A stretch of DNA of 64,000 bases from an uncultured Pseudomonadota bacterium. Lineage in GTDB: Bacteria > Pseudomonadota > Alphaproteobacteria > JACZXZ01. The DNA is taken from the NCBI GenBank assembly GCA_963749075.1, contig CAVVLJ010000004.1, forward strand, positions 484,477-548,476, in the 5' to 3' direction. Numbering within the stretch: position 1 is the first letter of the stretch; each line of letters opens with the position of its first letter. Positions 36,240-45,954 of this stretch are shown in pieces. The translations under genes and the position numbers were made by a program. A model generated the notes under the pieces. That model ran no database searches. It was not told the DNA's origin and saw nothing but the letters and a program-made list of their open reading frames with translations.

Positions 36240-38390
36240 CTACAAAAGGCCCGCGCCGAATATGAGCACGAGCAACAATGTGAGAAGAACGTACGCCGCA
36301 TAGGCGTTGACGTGGCCAACATGCATCCTCCTGACGACACCGGCAACCCTTCGCAAGGCATGCACCGGCGGCCCGAGCACCAGACGATCGACGATGTGAA
36401 CCTCCGTGTGCTCGCGCCTGATGGCCGTGCGGAAATGCCGGGCCACGGCCTCGGTGCTGTCCTCGACCGCGGCCGGACGGAGCAGGACCTGGAAGACGAC
36501 GCGGACAGGATTGGAAAAGCCGGTCGCCGTATAAGTGAGGCCCGGCCAGAGCCGCCGCAGTCCGCCGTCCCAGGCTGCGGCCCGGACGAGCGCGCGTCCT
36601 CGCGTCAGCAAGCGGAAGACCACGAAGGTCAACGCGAGCACGGTCGCGAGGACGACGATGGCGTAGGAAGTCGACATTGCGAAGACCACCGGGTTGCGCT
36701 CCCCGCCGCGATGCAGGACGACGAGACCTCGTCCGGGCAACAGCTCGCTGCCGACCTGGCTACCCAGGTCGTGGAACTCCTTCAGGAATGCCGGCGGAAT
36801 ATTCTCGCGCCGTTGCGCGGCCTCACTGAAGAACGGCGGCACGAGCGCCGCCGTGGCACTCGCGTGGGCGAGGGGCATGGCGGCCCCGTCAAGGACCGGA
36901 ATGACGTAGGTGGGCAGAATTCCGAGAGCAATGCATGATGCGGCGAGCAATCCCAGCGGCACCCGCATGCCGGGACGGGCTTCGACGGCTTGAGCTGCAC
37001 CCTCCGAACGCGGCATGCCGAGAAAGCCCATGGCGAAAACCTTGGCGAAGCATGTGACAGCCAGGCCGGCGGTCAGCGCCAAGAGAGCGCCGCACACCGC
37101 GAAGACGATCTTGATCGCGGTCGAGGACAGAAGGGCGGAACGCAGTATGGTCTGCAGCGTCAGCCACTCGCTGACAAAGCCGTTGAGCGGCGGCAAAGCC
37201 GAGATCGACAGCACGCCCACCAGGAACAGGCCGCTCGTCCAAGGCATACGGCGAGCGATGCCGCCGAGCCGATCGAGGTCCCGGGTTCCGGCTCCGGCCT
37301 CCACGGCGCCGGTGCCGATGAAGAGGAGCGCCTTGTACACCGAGTGGTTCGCGAGGTGATAGAGCGCCGCGATGAGAGCAATCCCCGCGACAACGCCATG
37401 CCCGGTGGCGCGAAAGACCATGGCGGCGCCGACGCCCGCCGCGACGATACCCATGTTCTCGATGGTGCTATGGGCGAGAAGGCGCTTCATCTCGGCCTGG
37501 ATCGTCGCATAGAGAATGCCGACCAGGGCCGAAATGCTGCCGACCGCGAGAACGATCAGGCCGGGGCCGGGCTCCGTGACGGGAACGAGATCGAGATTGA
37601 AGCGAACGATCCCATATATCCCGAGATTGACGATGACCGCGGACAGCAGCGCCGAAACATTGGTCGGCGCCACGGGATGCGCCAGCGGCAACCAGCTATT
37701 GACGGGTACCAGCCCCGCTTTCACGGCGAAGCCAAAGAAAGAGAGGAGGAGAATGGCCCACCTGACGCCCTCTCCGGGCAGCGGCGAGCTCGAGCGCAGA
37801 GCTGGGAAATCGAGCGCTCCGGCGTTGCCGGCGGCAAGAACGAAGGCGATCATGACCGCGATTGTCCCTGCCTCGCTCATCGCCAGCATGACAAAGCCGG
37901 CCTGCGAGCTTTCTTCATGTTCGTATTCGTAAACCACCAGGAGATAGCTCGCGATCGACATCGCCTCCCACGCCACCAAAAAGGAAATCGCGTCGTCGGC
38001 GATCAACACCAGCACGATCGAAGCAAGCAGAGCGTGGTAGAGGATGCTGAAATACCGCAAGCTGCGATGTGGGAGGTATTTCGCGAGATAAGAGCCCGAA
38101 AAGAGCGATACCGGCAGGAAGACCAGCCCGGAGACGAAGAGAAAGAGCGCCGAAAGGCGGTCCGCCGCGAGCCGCAGCGTGCCCAGGGAAAGCACCTGCC
38201 AGAGCCCGATTTGGAAAGAACCGCCGCCGACCAGGAGCCCGCCGCTTGCCGCGAGAAGGACGAGTGCAGCCAGCGAGCCGACCGCCGCCAGGAGCGCGGG
38301 GGTGCGGCGCGCGGGGACCAGGAATGCCGCGACGGCCCCGGTGCCGCAGAGAATAAAGAATGTTGCGATGAGCGGGCCCGCGATGCTCAT
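36240..38390 (-). CDS. hyfB: Ehr complex 2: HyfB-like antiporter-like subunit
   Basis: FLVAWEAMS, VKAGLVPVNSWLPLAHP, LAHSTIENMG, NHSVYKALLF, NGFVSEW. Confidence 0.9.
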   Translation of the reverse strand: MSIAGPLIATFFILCGTGAVAAFLVPARRTPALLAAVGSLAALVLLAASGGLLVGGGSFQIGLWQVLSLGTLRLAADRLSALFLFVSGLVFLPVSLFSGSYLAKYLPHRSLRYFSILYHALLASIVLVLIADDAISFLVAWEAMSIASYLLVVYEYEHEESSQAGFVMLAMSEAGTIAVMIAFVLAAGNAGALDFPALRSSSPLPGEGVRWAILLLSFFGFAVKAGLVPVNSWLPLAHPVAPTNVSALLSAVIVNLGIYGIVRFNLDLVPVTEPGPGLIVLAVGSISALVGILYATIQAEMKRLLAHSTIENMGIVAAGVGAAMVFRATGHGVVAGIALIAALYHLANHSVYKALLFIGTGAVEAGAGTRDLDRLGGIARRMPWTSGLFLVGVLSISALPPLNGFVSEWLTLQTILRSALLSSTAIKIVFAVCGALLALTAGLAVTCFAKVFAMGFLGMPRSEGAAQAVEARPGMRVPLGLLAASCIALGILPTYVIPVLDGAAMPLAHASATAALVPPFFSEAAQRRENIPPAFLKEFHDLGSQVGSELLPGRGLVVLHRGGERNPVVFAMSTSYAIVVLATVLALTFVVFRLLTRGRALVRAAAWDGGLRRLWPGLTYTATGFSNPVRVVFQVLLRPAAVEDSTEAVARHFRTAIRREHTEVHIVDRLVLGPPVHALRRVAGVVRRMHVGHVNAYAAYVLLTLLLVLIFGAGLL

Positions 38391-39160
38391 GTGGCATGCG
38401 CATCCAAGTTGCCGGAGGCTGAGACCAGCCCGGACGGCGGCTTCCTCTCGACCGCCACCAGCAGGCCGTGCAGGATCGCCAGCGGTGGCGGCGGGCATCC
38501 GGGTACGACCACGTCGACCGGGACAAGCTCGGCGACGCCGCCGGCCGCGGCAAAGCTCGGGCCGAAGACGCCGCCGGAGATCGCGCAGGCTCCTATCGCC
38601 ACGACGCGCTTGGGCGGCGGCATCGCCTCGTACGTCTTGCGCAAGGGCAGCCGCATCGCGTCGGAGAGCGGCCCCGCGGCCAGCAGGATGTCGGCATTGC
38701 GCGGCGTCGGGGTGATGAAGAAGCCGAGGCGGTGCATGTTGTAGTAGGGATTGTTGAGCTGCCGGGCCTCGCTCATGCAGGCGCTGCAGGCGCCGGCATC
38801 GACGAAGCGAATGTGCAGCGAACGGCCGAATGCCCGATTCAGCTTGGTTTGCGCAGCCGCCATCTCGTCGCGGTAGGCGGCCCATTCATAGCTTCCCTCC
38901 CATGGGAGGCCAGGCCGAGCCGCGTCGGCATGGCAGCGGAAGCAGTGGACGCAGCGGCCCTGATCGATCGCAGCTCCGTCGCCGCGGCGCAGGATGGCGC
39001 CCGTCGGACAACGCCCGACAAGCGCTTCCGCGTCCTGCTCGGGCAGCGCGCCGGCAGCGAGCGGCCGGCCCGGCGACACGCCCGCCGCCTCGTCGGGCTG
39101 GTCGGGATAGACGCTGGTCTTTATTCCCGTGCTCAAACCCTTCAGTACCCAATTGGCCAT
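38387..39160 (-). CDS. Ehr complex 2: fused ferredoxin-like + HyfI/NuoB-like small subunit
   Basis: CPTGA, CVHCFRC, DAGACSAC, GACAISGG, PGCPP. Confidence 0.9.
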   Translation of the reverse strand: MANWVLKGLSTGIKTSVYPDQPDEAAGVSPGRPLAAGALPEQDAEALVGRCPTGAILRRGDGAAIDQGRCVHCFRCHADAARPGLPWEGSYEWAAYRDEMAAAQTKLNRAFGRSLHIRFVDAGACSACMSEARQLNNPYYNMHRLGFFITPTPRNADILLAAGPLSDAMRLPLRKTYEAMPPPKRVVAIGACAISGGVFGPSFAAAGGVAELVPVDVVVPGCPPPPLAILHGLLVAVERKPPSGLVSASGNLDAHAT

Positions 39161-39168
39161 GGCACGTC

Positions 39169-40788
39169 CTAGCGGTCGCATTCGGCGTTCGACAGGCCGA
39201 AGCTGGCGAGGATGATGGGAAAGTCCTGGAACGCGAAATTTTCGGCGGCGAGATGAAACCCGTGCCAGTTCGGGAATGAGGGCGGGGTCAGGCGGTAGCG
39301 CGCCACCGTGCCATCGCCGTTCAGTCTCACCCAATGGAAGGCGGCACCCGATGGCGCCTCCACCGCGCCGAGCGCCACCCCGGCAGGCCAGCCGGTACGG
39401 CCCGCGTGGATGCGGCCCGCCGGCAGCAGCGAGACATGGCGGCGGATGATCGCGGCTGACTGCTCCGCTTCGGCGAAGAGGATGCGCAGTCGCGCGTAGC
39501 CGTCGCCCTCCCGTTCCACCGGGACCGAGAAGTCGACGGCTTCGTATGAGGCGTATGGCCGGATTTTGCGGAGATCGCGAGCAACGCCCGAGGCGCGGGC
39601 GATCGGGCCGACGAGGCCGTACGACACGGCGGCTTCTCTGGACACGATGCCGACTTCCTCCAGCCGGTCGAGAAAGCTGCTCGAATACAGCAGCATCCGG
39701 TGCAGTTCCCCCAGTTTCCTCGCGATTCCGCCAACCGCCTCCCCGAGGCTGGCGCACTGCGTTTCGCTGAGATCGCAAGCGACGCCGCCCGGTATCACGA
39801 CGCCGAAGAGATATCGGTGGCGCGCGGCCGCGCAACTCAGGCGAAGCAGGTCCTCCTCGATGAGCGCGGCTTGGCTGGCCGCCACGGCCAACGCAGTCGA
39901 GTTGCAGATGCCGGTGATTGCCGCTGCGTGATGCCGCAGGCGTTCGAGTTCGGCGATAACCACGCGGAGCGCCTTTGCGCGCGGCGGCACCTCGATTCCG
40001 CCGATCGTCTCGACGGCCTGGCAGAACCCGAGGCCGTGGGCGAATGCCGCGGTGCCGGAAAAGCGCTCGGCGAGGAGGAGGACGCGATCGACCGGCTGGC
40101 CCTCGGCGATCTTTTCCACTCCGCGGTACTTGTAGAAGAACCGCGGAATCGTGCGAATGACATCCTCGCCTACGGTCTCAAGCAGAAAATGGGCGGACTC
40201 GGCAAAGTCGGAGAACACCGGGCCGACCGGCATGGCGAAGCTGCCTTGCGCCATGACAACCGTCGGCGGCCGCCATGCCGGCTCGGCTTCGCGGGGTTCG
40301 TGCGGCCGTTTCGCATCGAAGCTCCGGCGCATCGGATTGACGCCTTCCGGCCAGTCCTCGTGCAGCACGAATTCGCCGAGCCGGGGATGCCCCTCGAACG
40401 TCAGCCCGAACAGATCCTCGGCCTCGCGCTCGTGCCAATCGACCGCGGGCCCATGGCCGAGACCGCTGATCGACGGCACCGCCACCGCGTGGGCCTCGAG
40501 CCTGAGTCCGACCTGGACCCACGGCGAGCCGGCGGCCCCATAATAGATGTAAGTGAGCGACCACGCGGGGCCGGGCAATTCCTCGACGACCAGCGTCGCG
40601 AAGGCGCAGCCCGCCTCCTCGACCAGCCATTCGCAGAGCTCGCGCAGCTCTTCCGGCCGGCAGTCGATGCGGCAGGACCCGGCCGCATCGTCGCGCCTCG
40701 CCACGACCAGCCCTTTCCAGCGGGCATTGGCGCGCTCGACGATATTTGCCGATCGAAGCCGATCCTCTGCGATCTCGCCGGCCGTCAT
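39169..40788 (-). CDS. Ehr complex 2: HyfG/NuoCD-like large subunit lacking NiFe CxxC motifs
   Basis: WHEREAEDLFG, YRGVEK, AERFSGTAAFAH (no CxxC), C-terminus ASFGLSNAECDR. Confidence 0.9.
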   Translation of the reverse strand: MTAGEIAEDRLRSANIVERANARWKGLVVARRDDAAGSCRIDCRPEELRELCEWLVEEAGCAFATLVVEELPGPAWSLTYIYYGAAGSPWVQVGLRLEAHAVAVPSISGLGHGPAVDWHEREAEDLFGLTFEGHPRLGEFVLHEDWPEGVNPMRRSFDAKRPHEPREAEPAWRPPTVVMAQGSFAMPVGPVFSDFAESAHFLLETVGEDVIRTIPRFFYKYRGVEKIAEGQPVDRVLLLAERFSGTAAFAHGLGFCQAVETIGGIEVPPRAKALRVVIAELERLRHHAAAITGICNSTALAVAASQAALIEEDLLRLSCAAARHRYLFGVVIPGGVACDLSETQCASLGEAVGGIARKLGELHRMLLYSSSFLDRLEEVGIVSREAAVSYGLVGPIARASGVARDLRKIRPYASYEAVDFSVPVEREGDGYARLRILFAEAEQSAAIIRRHVSLLPAGRIHAGRTGWPAGVALGAVEAPSGAAFHWVRLNGDGTVARYRLTPPSFPNWHGFHLAAENFAFQDFPIILASFGLSNAECDR

Positions 40789-40799
40789 CTTAGCGCCCT

Positions 40800-42251
40800 C
40801 TAGCCTCCCATGGCGGCCGCTGCGGCGCGGAGCAGGTCCTGCAGCGCGGCGGGAACGTAGATTCCGACGGCGAGCAATGGAACCGCCGCGAGGACCAGCG
40901 CGAGCTTGCAGGATAGCGGCGGAGCCGAGATTGCCGGGCTCCCTTGCGGCGCGCCGAAAGCCATCCGGTTGACGTGAAACATGACCGCGCAGAAGGCGAT
41001 CACGACGAAGAAAGCCAAGAGCGCGATGGCGACATACTGGCCGGTGGCGATCCCCGCCTTGAAGATCAGGAACTCGCTGATGAAAATTGCAAAGGGCGGC
41101 GCGCCGGCGATCGCGAAGGCGCCGGCCGCGAGTGCCAACGCCGATAGCGGGGCAAATCGGACGAGTCCGCGAACGGCGGCGATCTCTTGCGTACCGCAGG
41201 TCGTCGCGACGAGACCTGCGGCAAAAAAGCAGAAGGATTTGGCGACGGCATGACCGGCCATCTGATAGGCCGCGGCCAGATGCGCCTCGGCCCCGCCGAG
41301 CCCTGCCGCGAAGAGGATGATGCCCATGTGCTCGACCGTCGAGAATGCGAACATGCGCTTGAAGTCCCTGACGTAGACGAGGAGCAGGGTGGCGACCGCG
41401 ACCGAGAGCAGGCCGAAGCCGATGAACCAGGGGCGCGCGTCGAGCGCGGGCACGCCACCCACCACGGGAAAGAGCCGCAGGATGACGTAAAGCACCGTCA
41501 TCGTCTCGACGCCGGAGAGAAGAGCGCAGATCGAAGCCGGCGCCTGGCTATGTGCGTCCGGCAGCCAGGTATGCATCGGCACGAAGCCGACCTTGGTGCC
41601 GAACCCGACAAGAATGAGAAGGAAGGCCGGCCACAGGAGTGCCGGCGGCATGCGCGGTGCGGCGCCGACGAGGCCGACCCACGTGAATGGCTCGTAGCCT
41701 GCAACCCGCGACCCCCAATAGAGGATCAGGAAGCCGAAAAGGGCAAGCACCGCGCCGAGCGTCGTCAACACGACATATTTCCACGCCGCCTCCAGCGCCT
41801 CTGCCGTATCCTCGAAGCCCACGAGGAAGGCGGAAAGCAACGTCGTCAGCTCGACCGCGACCCACATCAGCGCCACATTGGCCAGCACCGGCACGGCCAG
41901 CATGGACATGATGAAGAGATTATAGAGCGCATAGTAATGCTGCTCCTTGCGGGGGCCGGCGTGCGCTGCTCGGAGCCTGATATATCCCCAGGAGAACAGC
42001 GCCGCGGTTGTCCCGACCAGTGCGACCAGGACAAGGACGAGCGCCCCCAGCCCGTCGCAGGTCAGCCATTCTCCGAGCGCATCGACGCGGCCGTTATGGG
42101 CGGCGTCGAGCGCGATGCCGACGGCAAGAACGAGAACGGTCGCGGTCGCGACCAACGTGGTCGGCGCGGCGAAGCGCCGGCCCAGCGGAGACAGCGAGAC
42201 GGCGCTGGCGAGCGCCGGAATGGCAAGTACGGCCGCGAGCTCCATGGCCAC
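40800..42251 (-). CDS. hyfF: Ehr complex 2: HyfF-like subunit
   Basis: WVAVELTTL, ALEAAWKY, GTKVGFVPMHTWLPDAHSQAP, FSTVEHMG. Confidence 0.92.
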   Translation of the reverse strand: MAMELAAVLAIPALASAVSLSPLGRRFAAPTTLVATATVLVLAVGIALDAAHNGRVDALGEWLTCDGLGALVLVLVALVGTTAALFSWGYIRLRAAHAGPRKEQHYYALYNLFIMSMLAVPVLANVALMWVAVELTTLLSAFLVGFEDTAEALEAAWKYVVLTTLGAVLALFGFLILYWGSRVAGYEPFTWVGLVGAAPRMPPALLWPAFLLILVGFGTKVGFVPMHTWLPDAHSQAPASICALLSGVETMTVLYVILRLFPVVGGVPALDARPWFIGFGLLSVAVATLLLVYVRDFKRMFAFSTVEHMGIILFAAGLGGAEAHLAAAYQMAGHAVAKSFCFFAAGLVATTCGTQEIAAVRGLVRFAPLSALALAAGAFAIAGAPPFAIFISEFLIFKAGIATGQYVAIALLAFFVVIAFCAVMFHVNRMAFGAPQGSPAISAPPLSCKLALVLAAVPLLAVGIYVPAALQDLLRAAAAAMGG

Positions 42252-42252
42252 C

Positions 42253-42930
42253 TCAATGCTCCCGCAAGGCGGCCAGCGATCCGACGGCCGTGGTCCCGAG
42301 CCGCCTGTGGATCTGGCGCGTGAGCAGGCCGACCACCAGGGCCACCACCGGCACGTCCACCGCTGCGGCGAGCTCCGCGATCACCGGCAGGCTTGGGACG
42401 ATGGCGATACCCGCAAAGAACACGCCGTTCTCGAGTGCAAGCAAGCCGAGGAGCTGCGGCACCGCTTCGCGCCGGGCCACGACGGTGAACATGCCCAAGA
42501 ACATCGCGGCGATCCCGAGCGGCAGGTTGATCCGTGCAAACGGCACGTCCACGGCACCGAGCATCGGATTCGCGACCGCATAGGCAAGGACGATGAGGAC
42601 CGCCGCCATCAGCAGCGAGCTCGGTATGTTGAGTACCCGCTCGATCTCGCGCGTGCGATAGACTTCGGCGCTGACCGTGCGCCGCAGCACCCAGGGAATC
42701 ATCAGCGTCTTGGTGGCGATCGTGATCGCCGCGACGGCAAAAAGATGCGGCGAGCCGAGCGCGATCCCGAGCAGGACCGCCGAGAGCGTCAGGAGCAAGG
42801 ATTGCGCGATGAAGAGCTGAAGGGACGCGAGAACCTGGCGGGTGGCGACGACCCCGAGCGCCGTGAGGAGGAAGAGCGCGCCGGTCAGCGCGTCGAGTGC
42901 GAAGATGACCGGAAAGGGCGAGCCGTTCAT
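42253..42930 (-). CDS. hyfE: Ehr complex 2: HyfE-like subunit
   Basis: QLLGLLALENGVF, LPVIAEL, SLAALRE. Confidence 0.88.
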   Translation of the reverse strand: MNGSPFPVIFALDALTGALFLLTALGVVATRQVLASLQLFIAQSLLLTLSAVLLGIALGSPHLFAVAAITIATKTLMIPWVLRRTVSAEVYRTREIERVLNIPSSLLMAAVLIVLAYAVANPMLGAVDVPFARINLPLGIAAMFLGMFTVVARREAVPQLLGLLALENGVFFAGIAIVPSLPVIAELAAAVDVPVVALVVGLLTRQIHRRLGTTAVGSLAALREH

Positions 42931-42940
42931 CCCACGGACC

Positions 42941-43891
42941 CTAGATCTCGGACAGCCGCGTGATCATCGCGACGACGGAGATGACGAATGCCGCACCGAG
43001 AAACTCCGTGATGCGAAATAGGCGCAGCTTGGCAAGAGAAGATTCGATGTAGACGAGGACGAGCACGAACACGAAGATCTTGACGAGGACGAGCGGGATG
43101 GCGACCAGCACCTCGACGGCGCCCATGCCGTGCGCCAAGCCCCACGGCGTCACGAGCACGTTGAGAAAGATGCAGATCAGGACGAAGAACTTCATGGCGC
43201 CCGCCCATTTCATGAGCGCGGCGCCGCGTCCTGAGTATTCGAGCGATTTCGACCGGTCGATCATCGCGAGCTCGAACGTCCCGCTCGGACTGTCGACCGG
43301 AATGCGTCCATCCTCCGCGAGGATGAGCATGAGGAAGGCGATCATGAGCAGTACGTGCGAAGGCTCGAAGAAATTCGCGATCGGCGTCACCCAGCGAAGC
43401 TGAACGATGTAAGGGATGGTCGATCCGGCCACGAAGGAAACCGTGAGAAAGACCACGATGAAGACCGGCTCGGCGAGGAATCCGACCATGCGGGTGCGGC
43501 TCGCCCCCATCGGCCCGTAGGGGTTTGCCGTGTCCACGGCGGCGAGCGTCGCGAAGAAGCCGCCGAGGGCGAGGATGAAGCCGCCGCCGAGCATGTCCCC
43601 CATGAAGGCGAAGAAGAGCGGATACTGCGTGAGCACGGGGATCAGGAGCGTCACGAAGACCGGTGCCGCGAACGCGACATAGGGAGCCGCGCGGAAGATC
43701 CAGGAGCTCTGCTCGGACACGATTTCGTCCTTGTGCAGGAGCTTCCACAGGTCACGATAGGGTTGAAGGATGCTCGGACCGCGCTTCGACTGGAGATGTT
43801 CCTTCAGTCGGCTTGCGACGCCTTCGACGAGGGGAGCGAAGGCGATCACGACGAAGACCTGGAGAAGATTGTAGATGATCCGCGCGGCCAT
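42941..43891 (-). CDS. hyfC: Ehr complex 2: HyfC/NuoH-like subunit
   Basis: GPSILQPYRDLWKLLHK, YGPMGASR, EDGRIPVD, LEYSG, AKLRLFR. Confidence 0.92.
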   Translation of the reverse strand: MAARIIYNLLQVFVVIAFAPLVEGVASRLKEHLQSKRGPSILQPYRDLWKLLHKDEIVSEQSSWIFRAAPYVAFAAPVFVTLLIPVLTQYPLFFAFMGDMLGGGFILALGGFFATLAAVDTANPYGPMGASRTRMVGFLAEPVFIVVFLTVSFVAGSTIPYIVQLRWVTPIANFFEPSHVLLMIAFLMLILAEDGRIPVDSPSGTFELAMIDRSKSLEYSGRGAALMKWAGAMKFFVLICIFLNVLVTPWGLAHGMGAVEVLVAIPLVLVKIFVFVLVLVYIESSLAKLRLFRITEFLGAAFVISVVAMITRLSEI

Positions 43892-44089
43892 GGCGTTAGC
43901 CTCGCGAGTCTGCCGCGCCGGCGCACGGCCCGCCCGGGCATCGTGCTTGAGCCGCGCGCCCGACCATTCGGATACGGCGCTCGTCTTGTCCGCGGAGAAT
44001 CGGCTCAGCGATGGCAGCCATCGCGCCGCCCACCCTTCTAGCTGACCTTCCTACGCCATCGCCCCGCTTCGGCATCGAGCGGGGCCATC

Positions 44090-44136
44090 GTAGGAGTCAT
44101 CAGCCCGATGGGCGGTTAGGGCGGACTCCATCGCCG
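44090..44136 (-). ncRNA. Fluoride riboswitch 4 (upstream of Ehr operon 2)
   Basis: GGCGATGGAGTCCGCCCTAACCGCCCATCGGGCTGATGACTCCTAC. Confidence 0.93.
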
Positions 44137-44335
44137 GTATGTGTTCGATCCGCGGCTACTTTAGCCCAATCCCGTCATAAAGTCGCGCCTCCTTTCGCCG
44201 CGCGAAATCGGATTTCCAGCGGTAGTAACATGGCAGCTGGATGAAGACAAAAATATGGGCTCCATGCAATGAGACCCACGCAACCGCCTTGATCCTCGCT
44301 GAACCTGCTGTTCCTTGTCGTCCGCGGGCGTCCGA

Positions 44336-44458
44336 TCAGAGCCGTACGCTTTGCGTGGCGAAGGCGACGGCAACTGGCTCCTGGAAGTGATTCAAGACAA
44401 TCGCGCCGATCGCTGCGATCACAACGGCGGCGACACAGGCAGCAATGAAACTACGCAT
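44336..44458 (-). CDS. Small membrane protein (40 aa, MRSFIAACVAAVVIAAIGAIVLNHFQEPVAVAFATQSVRL)
   Basis: Strong GGGAGG SD and one TM helix; below the ORF-track cutoff. Confidence 0.65.
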   Translation of the reverse strand: MRSFIAACVAAVVIAAIGAIVLNHFQEPVAVAFATQSVRL

Positions 44459-44658
44459 GCCGATCCTCCCGTTTATGGCTCTTGTATGGCTCTTGGAATT
44501 TAGCGCTACGACATCGAGACGCGCGCGGCCAAATACATTCTAACACCAATTCTTGCGGACGACCAAACGCCGTTGTTCCTTGTTTGTGCCCGATCGAGGA
44601 GGTTATTCTGTTTCGCCCGCCGCTTCGCCTGATTCAAGCGCTTGATGGAGCACCCCTC

Positions 44659-45954
44659 ATGCGTGCCGCGCCGATTTGTCTCATCTGTTGCGCCGTGCTG
44701 ATCGGATCGGCGCTCGGTGCTCCGCCGGCCGAAGCGCAATTGCGCGGACACGGCGGCCCCATTCGCGCGCTCGCCATCTCCGCCGATGGCGCCACGGCAC
44801 TCTCGGGCAGCTTCGACACCTCGGCGATCCGCTGGTCGCTTCGGCGCAATGCCGCCGAGCAGGTGCTGCGCTTTCACGACGGCGCCGTGAACGCCGTGGC
44901 GCTCCTCGCGGACGGCCGCGCCGTGACCGCCGGCGAGGATGCCCGCATCGCGATCTGGACGCCGGGTAAACAGCGGCCGGACGCCGTCCTCGAGGGACAC
45001 CGGGGACCGATCGCGGCCCTCGCGGTGTCGGCCGACGGCACGCTTCTCGCCTCGGCGTCGTGGGACCGCACGATCCGCGTGTGGCCCCTCGGCGGCGGCG
45101 CGCCACGGGTGCTCGAGGGCCATCAGCAGAACGTCAACGGCGTCGCCTTCGCGCCGGACGGCAAAGCACTTGTCAGCGCCGGATACGATGCGACCCTGCG
45201 CATCTGGCCGCTCGAGGGACGAGGCTCGCCGCTGGTGGCGACGCTGCCGTCGCCGCTCAACGCCGTGGTCGTTGCCCCCGACGGCGAGATCATCGCCGCT
45301 GGCGCCGACGGCAGGGTTTACTTCCTGTCGCCGGCGGGACAACAGCGCGCCGCCCTCGAAACCTCGCCGGCGCCGATTACCTCCCTCGCGATGTCGGGCG
45401 ATGGCGAGCGTGTCGCGGCCACGAGCATCCGCGGCCCTGTCGCCATCATCGATCGCCGGACGCGCTCGCTCACGCGTGTTCTGGTCGTGCCCGGTCAGCC
45501 GATCTGGTCAGCGGCGTTCTTTCCCGACGGCCGCACGCTGCTCACCGGCGGCGCCGACCGCATCATCCGCCGCTGGGATGTCCAAACCGGCCAGCCGCTC
45601 GACGCCGTCGCGGCCGGCGGCCCCCAGGACCCGCTCGCCGCCTATGCGGGCGATCCCGGCGCCGAAGTGTTCCGCGCCTGCGTCGCCTGCCACACGCTCA
45701 AGCCTGACGAGGGCAACCGCGCCGGACCGACGCTGCACGGCATCTTCGGGCGGCGCATCGCGACCCTGCCTGGTTACAATTTTTCCGCGGCGCTCACCCA
45801 TCTCGAGATCGTGTGGACGCCGGAGACGGTGGCGAAGCTGTTCGAGATCGGCCCGGCGCAGTACATCCCGGGGACCAAGATGCCGGAGCAGCGCATCAGC
45901 GCCGCGCCGGACCGCGACGCCCTCGTCAAGTTTCTCGAACGGGCGACGAAGTGA
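44659..45954 (+). CDS. Exported WD40-repeat protein with C-terminal cytochrome c domain
   Basis: Signal peptide, repeated GH...D.TIRVW units, CVACH heme motif, PGTKM. Confidence 0.92.
   Translation: MRAAPICLICCAVLIGSALGAPPAEAQLRGHGGPIRALAISADGATALSGSFDTSAIRWSLRRNAAEQVLRFHDGAVNAVALLADGRAVTAGEDARIAIWTPGKQRPDAVLEGHRGPIAALAVSADGTLLASASWDRTIRVWPLGGGAPRVLEGHQQNVNGVAFAPDGKALVSAGYDATLRIWPLEGRGSPLVATLPSPLNAVVVAPDGEIIAAGADGRVYFLSPAGQQRAALETSPAPITSLAMSGDGERVAATSIRGPVAIIDRRTRSLTRVLVVPGQPIWSAAFFPDGRTLLTGGADRIIRRWDVQTGQPLDAVAAGGPQDPLAAYAGDPGAEVFRACVACHTLKPDEGNRAGPTLHGIFGRRIATLPGYNFSAALTHLEIVWTPETVAKLFEIGPAQYIPGTKMPEQRISAAPDRDALVKFLERATK

Noticed and set aside
22225-43891. Functional [NiFe] hydrogenase-4/formate hydrogenlyase
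   Set aside because: Both large subunits lack the L1/L2 CxxC motifs, no maturation genes are in the window, and the nearby FDH is the periplasmic type.
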